DNA of 54,742 nucleotides from a virus: the IMG/VR virus record IMGVR_UViG_3300044299_001914, positions 1-54,742 of that record; one strand, 5' to 3'. The notes below the pieces were generated by a model. It saw only the letters and a program-made list of their open reading frames with translations, was not told the DNA's origin and made no database searches. Every line of letters begins with the position of its first letter. Within the stretch, counting starts at the first letter, position 1. This document shows positions 1 to 7,806 of this stretch, one piece after another. The position numbers were made by a program, and so were the translations under genes.

Positions 1-148
1 AACGCTACAATAAATCGTTCCTTTACGCTCCTTGAGAACCGAATACGGCTCTAAAGTTTGAATATCCGAAGCTATAACGCTCTCTAGCCTTATATCTCAT
101 ATTACCTGTATCGAAGTCTCCCTCTAATGCAGTTTGCATTGGTGATCT
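1..148. repeat. Terminal direct repeat copy 1 (identical to 54595..54742); assembly overlap of a circular or terminally redundant genome
   Basis: Read by eye: all 148 bases at the window start recur identically at the window end, so the unique length is 54594 bp. Confidence 0.9.
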
Positions 149-925
149 TTCAAAATACTTAAAGCCGTCAGGGCAGTCAGTTTTAATGAAATAAGCATCA
201 GTATCTGTAAGATAGTTATTTACAACATATCCATCAGGAAGCATGCCCATATTATTGATAGCGTTAATATCGTTATCAGATGTGGCTACTCTGCCTGGTG
301 TGTTGAGTAATCTATCAGCTACAAACACTAACTGTGGTGGAATGATGAGTTTCATTCCTCTTAAAGCAATATTAAGACCTCTATCATCTGTTAATGTAGA
401 AATACTAATAAGGTTGTCTTCAAGAGATGTCTCATTTAAGTCCGCCATAGTAGTTGCTCTGTTTGCTAGTGAACCACCGCCGCCTAGTGGGTGATCTGTA
501 GCTATCAAAGTTTTACCATCACCGCCAGTAACACTAAACGCATTGTTTAGTACTGCTGCAGCTTTGATTTGCTTTGTGTTTGCCATAGATCTAGCCAAGG
601 CTTTGGTATATCTTGCTCCGAGTCTATCATAAAGATTATCCTCAATTGCTTCTTCAGTAAGTGCGAAAGCTAAAGCCACTGTTTCGTGGGTATAACGGGA
701 AGTGTAACCTTCGTTAGCTGTATCAAATCTGACACCGCTTCCTTCAGCTTTTACTTCAGCATTACCAAACCCTACTATTAGGGTTTCTTCTTCAAACGCT
801 CTATCAGAAGTTTCTGCATCGTAGATCTCTGTATGTTGAGCTTCGTATCTGGCATATTCCATACCGAACAAAGCATTAAGACCTGGCTCTAATTCTTTAG
901 CTAATTGTGCTCTATTTATTGCCAT
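23..925 (-). CDS. Putative major capsid protein (300 aa)
   Basis: Last gene in the order terminase-portal-GroES-like-scaffold-decoration-like-capsid. Across the circular junction it is followed by a strong intrinsic terminator (54546..54570). The call rests on position and size only, with no motif-level family call. Confidence 0.6.
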   Translation of the reverse strand: MAINRAQLAKELEPGLNALFGMEYARYEAQHTEIYDAETSDRAFEEETLIVGFGNAEVKAEGSGVRFDTANEGYTSRYTHETVALAFALTEEAIEDNLYDRLGARYTKALARSMANTKQIKAAAVLNNAFSVTGGDGKTLIATDHPLGGGGSLANRATTMADLNETSLEDNLISISTLTDDRGLNIALRGMKLIIPPQLVFVADRLLNTPGRVATSDNDINAINNMGMLPDGYVVNNYLTDTDAYFIKTDCPDGFKYFERSPMQTALEGDFDTGNMRYKARERYSFGYSNFRAVFGSQGA

Positions 926-928
926 TTA

Positions 929-1489
929 TTATACTCCTGTTGGGTCGACATAGAAATGCTCATTAAATTTAACAATAACATTCACATTAGCTGAACCTGT
1001 TGTACTGTTGTCTGGATCACTCGAGAATCCCATGATTCTAAAAGTAGCAGTTGTCGCAGCCGTAGTTCCAGATAATTCCATAGCTGACATACCAGTTTTG
1101 GTAGAGCCAGATGTATAAGAAATATCTGCATTTAAACCTACGTCAGTTTGGGCTGGAGAGCCTGCACTTTGGATTTCAAAAACAGCATCAGGATCATCTA
1201 TTACGAACGCCTTTATATCGGACGATACAGTACCATCAGGATAGTGTGAACTGAAAACAGTTTCACCTGCAGAGTTTGTAAAAGTACATCCTCTAAACAC
1301 ACCTAAGGCTTCATCCCCAGCAGCAGCTACTAGAATAGTACCTGTGTTGAGCATTTTTACTAAATCGCCTGAAAAAATATTCCCAGAAGCACCAGAGGCT
1401 ATTTCGTATTCTGTTGTACCGCCATTAGCGACACCAGAACCTAATTTACCTACAACTCTTGCTCCAAAGGGGGCATTTTTGTTTGACAT
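929..1489 (-). CDS. Putative head decoration / capsid accessory protein (186 aa)
   Basis: Gly/Ala/Thr-rich beta-type ORF immediately upstream of the capsid gene, separated by 3 nt, as with lambda D before E. The call is positional. Confidence 0.4.
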   Translation of the reverse strand: MSNKNAPFGARVVGKLGSGVANGGTTEYEIASGASGNIFSGDLVKMLNTGTILVAAAGDEALGVFRGCTFTNSAGETVFSSHYPDGTVSSDIKAFVIDDPDAVFEIQSAGSPAQTDVGLNADISYTSGSTKTGMSAMELSGTTAATTATFRIMGFSSDPDNSTTGSANVNVIVKFNEHFYVDPTGV

Positions 1490-1524
1490 AATAAGTTACC
1501 TATATTTGTATATATTTTTAGCGA

Positions 1525-2007
1525 TCAACTTCGTTGACCACCACCAAAAGTTGTTTTGCTTTCTCTCCTCGGTTTTAAAATCGGGGAGTTTGGATCTGAT
1601 TCCTTCATAAGATCATTGTCCACAGCATCTTGCTGGGTTTGTGCACGCTCTGCGTAGTAGGAGTTTCTCTCATTACGTGTTTCATTAGGAATCCTAGCCA
1701 AAAGCAAACCACCTCGTTTTAATACTCCTGCATGTTGCCCTTCATCCATAGTGGTGTATTTCATTCGTTCCTCAGCAGGTATTTCCTCAGCTCTAACGAG
1801 TTCAAATCCCTCGCTCAATCTATCAGAAATATTGCCTCGATCCTCTACACCTAGATTCTCGGCCCTTATCCACCTATGAGTATAACCCTCAGGTGCCGCA
1901 GGAGCATCCAACCGTGATGGCGGGCTCCATACTTTGCGAGCTTCTTTGCTTGCTCGAGTGTCAGCAGAACGTGAAGTTCTGTTTAAATTTTTGTTATCTT
2001 CTGTCAT
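1525..2007 (-). CDS. Head-module protein of unknown function (160 aa)
   Basis: ORF between the scaffold and decoration-like genes. Charged, with no recognised motif. Confidence 0.5.
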   Translation of the reverse strand: MTEDNKNLNRTSRSADTRASKEARKVWSPPSRLDAPAAPEGYTHRWIRAENLGVEDRGNISDRLSEGFELVRAEEIPAEERMKYTTMDEGQHAGVLKRGGLLLARIPNETRNERNSYYAERAQTQQDAVDNDLMKESDPNSPILKPRRESKTTFGGGQRS

Positions 2008-2012
2008 AACTA

Positions 2013-2939
2013 TTACCTTTTAACATATTTTGCGTACTCTGTTAAGGGTACGTTTAATTTTTTTGCCATTTGTACTTCTGCAGGAGACAGTTTTACTTGC
2101 CTTTTTGAGCTCGTATTACCTGCTACTCTGCCTGCTGAAGCCACCTTTTGTTGAGGCTTCGTCTTTACAGAAGACTCTTCAAACTTGTGTGGAAACTCTG
2201 ATCGCATCATTTTATCGACTTCATTGTAATACTCGTCTGTTTTTGGATCATAGCCCTCTTGTATTAATTTTTGATCAATTGAAAACGCAGCTAGCGTCAT
2301 AATTTCATCTTCACCAAACCATTCATTTTGCTCAACCCATTTTTGTTGTTTTTCATCAAGCTGTGGGGCTGGTTGTGGTTGTACTGGCTGTTGATAATTT
2401 TGTTGGAGATTTTGCACCTGTGTTTCTTGCTCTAAAGCAGTTTTAGATGCTTGAACTCTTGTTTCTTCAACAGCTATTTTAGCTAAAACATCTTGAGCTT
2501 TTGCGACTTTTTCATAATCTTGATTTTCATGGGCTGATTTTAAAGCTGTCATCGCCTGGGTTTTTTGTGATTTAAGTCTACTCTCAGCTTCAGTTAAAAA
2601 AGATCTGTCTAAAGTTGAACTACGAGCCCGTAATTGTTCATTTTGAGCTGCAGTGCTTTTTGCATATTCATAAGCTGAATCTCTGCCTCTTTCTGCCTCT
2701 CTTAACTTTCTAGTAAGAGTATTTATTCTTTTTTTAACTTTAGCTGAGTAATCCTCATGCTCATCTTGTTTTTTTGTTTCTTCCGTTTCTGAAACATCCT
2801 CTACAACAGCCTCTGCCTCAACATCGTTAGTTTCAGTAGTGGTTGTTTCGGGTTGATCTTCCTCTACAGGATCTAGTTCAACAATTTCTCCCTCTTCTAT
2901 GTCTGTTTCTTCAACTGCTTGTGTGTTTTCTTCTGCCAT
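2013..2939 (-). CDS. Putative scaffolding protein (308 aa)
   Basis: Very acidic N-terminus (E/D/T-rich) followed by long Q/E/K/A-rich coiled-coil-like sequence. Lies between portal and capsid. Confidence 0.6.
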   Translation of the reverse strand: MAEENTQAVEETDIEEGEIVELDPVEEDQPETTTTETNDVEAEAVVEDVSETEETKKQDEHEDYSAKVKKRINTLTRKLREAERGRDSAYEYAKSTAAQNEQLRARSSTLDRSFLTEAESRLKSQKTQAMTALKSAHENQDYEKVAKAQDVLAKIAVEETRVQASKTALEQETQVQNLQQNYQQPVQPQPAPQLDEKQQKWVEQNEWFGEDEIMTLAAFSIDQKLIQEGYDPKTDEYYNEVDKMMRSEFPHKFEESSVKTKPQQKVASAGRVAGNTSSKRQVKLSPAEVQMAKKLNVPLTEYAKYVKR

Positions 2940-2947
2940 TTTTTCTC

Positions 2948-3442
2948 CTAAACTGCAAGAATATCGTCTGGATCTAAGATTGTGGCTATAACTTCATCAT
3001 CATTAATAATTCTACATTCAGATTCATCTCCGAGTTTGAAACGAGCACCAGCATATCTGCCAATCAATACCCATTGTTTTTCCTGACACCAAGGTTCTGC
3101 AAATTTATTTGCATCTTTATAGCAATCAGGACCCATTTTTACAACATACCCCACAACTGTAGCTAGAGATTCTCTATCTAAAGTTTGTTGTACTAAATGA
3201 ATACCACCTTCAGTTACACCTTTACCTTTGTAAGGCAGTATTAAAATACGCCAACCTGTTGGTTGTGGCATACGCTCTAAAATTGATTTGTCGAGAAGTG
3301 TAGGGTCAAGAACACGTGCCTCTTGTGACACATATGGTAATTCTTGACTAACTTCCTCTTTTGTTTCCTCTTGTTTTACTGCAGCTTCTTCTGCTTCTAT
3401 TTCTTTGGCTATATGTTCAGGAACCTGTATCTTCGATGTCAT
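2948..3442 (-). CDS. GroES/Cpn10-like protein with acidic N-terminal extension (164 aa)
   Basis: C-terminal ~100 aa aligns by eye with GroES: WRILILP..GVTEGGIHL..ATVVGYVVKMGP..WVLIGRYAGARFKL..CRIINDDEVIATI versus RVIVKR..SAGGIVL..GEVLAVGNG..DIVIF..EVLIMSESDILAIV. Confidence 0.6.
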   Translation of the reverse strand: MTSKIQVPEHIAKEIEAEEAAVKQEETKEEVSQELPYVSQEARVLDPTLLDKSILERMPQPTGWRILILPYKGKGVTEGGIHLVQQTLDRESLATVVGYVVKMGPDCYKDANKFAEPWCQEKQWVLIGRYAGARFKLGDESECRIINDDEVIATILDPDDILAV

Positions 3443-3626
3443 CTTGTATTACCCTTCCTAGCAGCTCTCTAAATATATTTTCTGCGTCAGCGAGAGAACT
3501 GTACCGCCCACGCAAAAACTCGTATTGTGCATGGTCTTTGCACCCTGCGAGCATTGTGTCTGTAATGTCTTCTCTTCTAAGTTCTAGCTCTTTTAAAAAC
3601 TTTTTACTTAACCAAGCTTCAGACAT
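3417..3626 (-). CDS. Hypothetical protein (69 aa)
   Basis: ORF tightly packed between neighbours. Its start shares 1 nt with the stop of the upstream gene at 3626. Confidence 0.5.
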   Translation of the reverse strand: MSEAWLSKKFLKELELRREDITDTMLAGCKDHAQYEFLRGRYSSLADAENIFRELLGRVIQDDIEDTGS

Positions 3627-3832
3627 TAATAAACACCAGAAAACTTACCGCCAAATTCTGCGGCTCCCATCCCTCTTGCTTTGCCTTTACCCATACCAGG
3701 TTTTGGTGTGGTATTTGCATCAAAAGTGCCAGCATCAGACTTTAAAGAAACACTACCCTTATTACTATAAGGATTTTTATTCTTCAAAGGGGTGGGGGTT
3801 TTCTGTTGTTTGATCTCTGTTCTTTTAATCAT
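3626..3832 (-). CDS. Small basic Gly/Lys-rich protein with C-terminal ARGMGAA..GGKF motif (68 aa)
   Basis: ORF directly downstream of the portal gene. The RG.GA motif is shared with ORFs 51623..52069 and 52069..52392. Confidence 0.5.
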   Translation of the reverse strand: MIKRTEIKQQKTPTPLKNKNPYSNKGSVSLKSDAGTFDANTTPKPGMGKGKARGMGAAEFGGKFSGVY

Positions 3833-3871
3833 GTGCCTAATTATGTGGCTCTATTTTTATTTTTGCAAGTT

Positions 3872-6346
3872 TTATTTTCTATTTTGCAAATCTAACATTT
3901 TAAAACGGGCTTGTTGTTCAAGCCTTTCTCTTGCAGTGTCGTCACGTAAATCTGCTATATCTTCTTGTGCTTCTATTCTCTCACGATCTACCGTTGCACG
4001 TAATTGTGCCTCTTGTGCTTTCCGTTGTTCTTCTTGTAAGAATTGTTGTTGCTCCATAGATAATTCTTGGCCTCGCAATGCTAATTCTTGTTTTCTAATA
4101 GCAACTAATGGATCTTCGTCAGTAGGTGCTTCTATCTGTTGCATAAATTCAGTGACAAGCTCTGCCATGATGGGTGAAGAAAATTGAGCTATCATGTCAT
4201 TGACTTGTAGGGCAAGTTGCTCTGCTTCTGCAGGTGATGCTTGTTGTGCTTGTTGTTCAAGTTGTTGCAGTTGTTGTTGCATTTCTGGAGGCATTTGTTG
4301 TCTACCTAAAGCATCTGCCTTCATTTGTAAATGTTGCATAATGTGTGAATGAATTAAAGATTGAACTTGTGCGTTCATCTGCACAGGTGGTGACTTTAAC
4401 AATGCCATATGCGTGGCTATATGTGCGTCATGGTTTTGTTGTGGAAAAGCTTGTGCTTGTTGACTTAATAAAAGTTGGTTGTTCTCAAATCCTGCTTCAA
4501 TTGGCTTTGGATCAGTAGGGGGCGGTGGTTGTAAAATTTTATCAATATTATCCACACCTATGGCCGCATACATTCTTTTGTATGATTCATAAATACCACT
4601 TTGTCCATGCACTTCTGGATTAGATTGTACTAATTGCATCATCTCCTGTGCCATAGCTATTCTTTGTGACTGGCTAAATATATCTGGGTTTGATACAGGA
4701 AAAATATCAACTCTTTCATCAAAGTCACTTAATTTTATATTTGCTTGGCCACCAGCTATAGCATAGGGATACTCTTGAGGTAAGTATTCTTGAAACACTT
4801 GTGCAAGCAACTTAAATTCTTTTTTCTGTGAGTTATGTAATCTTTTGTGTATAGCTGATAAAACCTTCGTTGATCTCTCAAGCAAAGCTAATGTTGTGCC
4901 TACAGGTGCGTTGGGATTGCCTTGCCCTGTGTTGATTTCGGCAATAGAAGCAAACTTTTTACCACCATCAACCAAAATACCAAGTAAGTTGAGTAAAGTA
5001 CTACTAGGCTCTTTGAATGGTAGAGGTTGTATGGATTCCCGTAACGAGCCACCAGGCGCATCAACATCTCTAAACTCACCTGGTTGGATAGGTGTGTCCT
5101 CATCTCTAATTCTAATACCACGGGTTTTGAATCCAGCAGGTAGATTTGCTAATGTCCCAGCATCAATAAGTTGTCTAAGTATTGAGGTTGAGGCTTTTGA
5201 CAAACCACCAATCATATGTGTTAAACCAAACCCATAGAACCCTAAACCTGGTAAAAACTTAAAATGCACAAAATACTCAATTTTGTTTTTTAAGGGATCT
5301 GTCTCTACAAAATTTCTGCGTATAGATAAAACATCATTTGAATTAGCATCAAGAGTTACAATATATGGCAGTTTTACGCCAGTTGGCATACCATCTGCAT
5401 CCAGATCCTCAAAACCATCTATTTCAAGGTTACAATGCACTTCGTACAATAAAGACACCTCTCCTGTGTCATAAGATGGCTCCAAACCAGATAATTTGTT
5501 AATTTCTTCCTTAGCGTCAGAGGTTACTGACTCTTCATCACCTGTTTCTATGTCAATTTTCCTATAAAAACCTAGAGCTTGTAGTTTTTTAACCTCGTTT
5601 TCAGGCATTTTCACTACATTAGTGATGCGAGGGCAAGTTTCTAAGTCCGTAGTAAAATAAGGAACTATCAAATCTTCAGGAGCTACAAATTTAGAAACTG
5701 CCCTGCCTAATCCTTCATCATAATAAACTTTTTTAAATGCAGATCCTGCTAATGGCAGGTAAAACAACATTTGGTCTAATTCTTCATCAAATTCTTCCAT
5801 AACATGAACAATCTGATAATTCATAAACTCTTTAACTCTCTGTGCTTGTTCCTCAACAACATCATCATAGGCACCAATGACTTGTGTTTTTACAGGGCCG
5901 CCAGATGGCAAGAGTTCTTTGTATGCTTGTGCTTGAAAAGTTGTGACTGCTTCGCCTAATAATGGGTGAATAACTCCAGATGCACCTTCAAATGGCTCAG
6001 ATCTTTCATCATCAAACTTCATGCCTAAATATTTCAGACCGTCTGTGTATGTTTTCTCCCAATCTTCTCTCGATGACTTGTCTTTTTCAATGCCGTCAAT
6101 CAATTGATTTGAAATGCGCATGAGTTCTGTCTCATCTAACATTTCTGCTAAGTTTTCATTGAATCCACTTTCAATAGGCTGTTGCAAATCTGACTCTAAA
6201 ATAGCACTTCCATCCTCTTGCATGACAAAATCACCGTCTTGTGCCATTTCTAAAGCTTCAATTGCTACACTTACGCCTTCTTCACCTAACGGTACTTGGT
6301 TTTCTTCATTTAAAACGGTTGGATTTATGTCTTTTTCTATTGCCAT
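3872..6346 (-). CDS. Portal protein (824 aa) with long C-terminal Q/E-rich helical extension
   Basis: Large ORF whose start overlaps the large-terminase stop by 1 nt. Size and position are typical of a portal. The C-terminal ~170 aa are Q/E/A/R-rich and coiled-coil-like. Confidence 0.75.
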   Translation of the reverse strand: MAIEKDINPTVLNEENQVPLGEEGVSVAIEALEMAQDGDFVMQEDGSAILESDLQQPIESGFNENLAEMLDETELMRISNQLIDGIEKDKSSREDWEKTYTDGLKYLGMKFDDERSEPFEGASGVIHPLLGEAVTTFQAQAYKELLPSGGPVKTQVIGAYDDVVEEQAQRVKEFMNYQIVHVMEEFDEELDQMLFYLPLAGSAFKKVYYDEGLGRAVSKFVAPEDLIVPYFTTDLETCPRITNVVKMPENEVKKLQALGFYRKIDIETGDEESVTSDAKEEINKLSGLEPSYDTGEVSLLYEVHCNLEIDGFEDLDADGMPTGVKLPYIVTLDANSNDVLSIRRNFVETDPLKNKIEYFVHFKFLPGLGFYGFGLTHMIGGLSKASTSILRQLIDAGTLANLPAGFKTRGIRIRDEDTPIQPGEFRDVDAPGGSLRESIQPLPFKEPSSTLLNLLGILVDGGKKFASIAEINTGQGNPNAPVGTTLALLERSTKVLSAIHKRLHNSQKKEFKLLAQVFQEYLPQEYPYAIAGGQANIKLSDFDERVDIFPVSNPDIFSQSQRIAMAQEMMQLVQSNPEVHGQSGIYESYKRMYAAIGVDNIDKILQPPPPTDPKPIEAGFENNQLLLSQQAQAFPQQNHDAHIATHMALLKSPPVQMNAQVQSLIHSHIMQHLQMKADALGRQQMPPEMQQQLQQLEQQAQQASPAEAEQLALQVNDMIAQFSSPIMAELVTEFMQQIEAPTDEDPLVAIRKQELALRGQELSMEQQQFLQEEQRKAQEAQLRATVDRERIEAQEDIADLRDDTARERLEQQARFKMLDLQNRK

Positions 6347-7806
6347 CAGTAATATACCCTTCTAACTGGTGCTTTTTCTTCGTCTGAATAGTCATCCTCA
6401 AGAGATACTAAACCACCTTCTCTAAAACGCATCAGAGCTTGAGTCATAGTATCACATAAATCATCATTTTTACCAAAAGGGAAGGCAGCACACTCCTCAA
6501 TCATCTCTTCAGCAAACTTGCGTTGAGGTGCATAGACTAAACTTGACTCAAAAATAGGTGCAACGGAGTGCATACGTGTGGATTTATCGTGTCCTCTAGT
6601 AGGAGAGTAGTTAACCACTGGTATACCTAGTCTTCTAAGTTCATGTGTTAACGGTGTGCCAGAGGCTTTGGCTTCGATTAGCGTCATATCTGGCTCCCAG
6701 TACTTGTACTCATTAAACGCAATACGTTTGAGTTCTGGAAAATCCCATCTGCCCTTTTGTGCATCTAGCAAAATTAAACAATCAGGTGAGTCTGCGTTTG
6801 GACGAAACACACCCCAAGTAGAAATAGCAGAATAGTCAGCGTTTTCTTTCTTAGAAAAAGCAGTATCATAGCTTTGAATTATATAGCTAACAGATGGCAT
6901 TTCGTCATGCTCCCAAATATTCCACCATTCTCGCTTTATTATCGAACCTTCCTCTGAAGTAGGGTTCTGCATCCACTGAGCGTTCCATTTTTGCACAGGC
7001 AGGGATGCTTTTACCTTCTCTAATTCAGTTATATCCCAAAACTCTGGCCATAAAGCGTTGTTTGTATCGGGAAAAATAGCAGGAAACTCTACTATCTCCC
7101 ACTGATCTGCAGCTTCTTCTTTCTGTGCATCAAGTAATTTTGCAGTGAGATCTATCGTACTCCATCGTGTCATTACAACAATAATGGCACCACCAGGTTG
7201 TAAACGCTGTCGAGGTCCAGAGGTGTACCACTCCCAACAAGACTCTAATGCGCTTGGACTCAAAGCATCTTGTTCGGAGTGTGGGTCGTCAATAATTAAT
7301 AGATCTGCACCACGACCTGTAATAGCACCACCGACACCTGCGGCAAAATATTCACCACCTTTGTTAGTCTCCCACCGACCAGCAGATTTAGAATCAGCTT
7401 GCAGTTCTACGCCATCGAAGATTCTTTTATATTCAACAGAATCCATCATATTTCTCACTTTTCTACCAAATCTAACGGCAAGTTCGCCTGTGTGGGTGGT
7501 TTGCATAATCTTTCGATTAGGTTGTTTACCCATAATCCACGCAGGAAAATAGGTTGAGCAAAATTCAGACTTAGTGTGTCTTGGTGGCATATTGACAATT
7601 AGCCTATTTATTTTGCCATTAGCAACATCTTCTAGCTTTTTAGCAAAGATTTCGTGATGGCGACCACAAATAAACTCTGGCCACATTTGTTCTACGTAGA
7701 ACAAGAAGCTGTTATGACACTGTTCTTGTTTGTTCAGCGTTTCTAGTCGTTCTTGCAGGACTAGAGTTTCTTTAATCTCTTGATCTGATAAGTGGGCAAG
7801 CTTCAT
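6346..7806 (-). CDS. Terminase large subunit (486 aa)
   Basis: GRGADLLIIDDPHSEQDA (Walker B-like) and VVMTRWSTIDL coupling motif typical of Terminase_6-type ATPases. C-terminal nuclease-like region with acidic residues. Immediately precedes the portal gene. Confidence 0.9.
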   Translation of the reverse strand: MKLAHLSDQEIKETLVLQERLETLNKQEQCHNSFLFYVEQMWPEFICGRHHEIFAKKLEDVANGKINRLIVNMPPRHTKSEFCSTYFPAWIMGKQPNRKIMQTTHTGELAVRFGRKVRNMMDSVEYKRIFDGVELQADSKSAGRWETNKGGEYFAAGVGGAITGRGADLLIIDDPHSEQDALSPSALESCWEWYTSGPRQRLQPGGAIIVVMTRWSTIDLTAKLLDAQKEEAADQWEIVEFPAIFPDTNNALWPEFWDITELEKVKASLPVQKWNAQWMQNPTSEEGSIIKREWWNIWEHDEMPSVSYIIQSYDTAFSKKENADYSAISTWGVFRPNADSPDCLILLDAQKGRWDFPELKRIAFNEYKYWEPDMTLIEAKASGTPLTHELRRLGIPVVNYSPTRGHDKSTRMHSVAPIFESSLVYAPQRKFAEEMIEECAAFPFGKNDDLCDTMTQALMRFREGGLVSLEDDYSDEEKAPVRRVYY

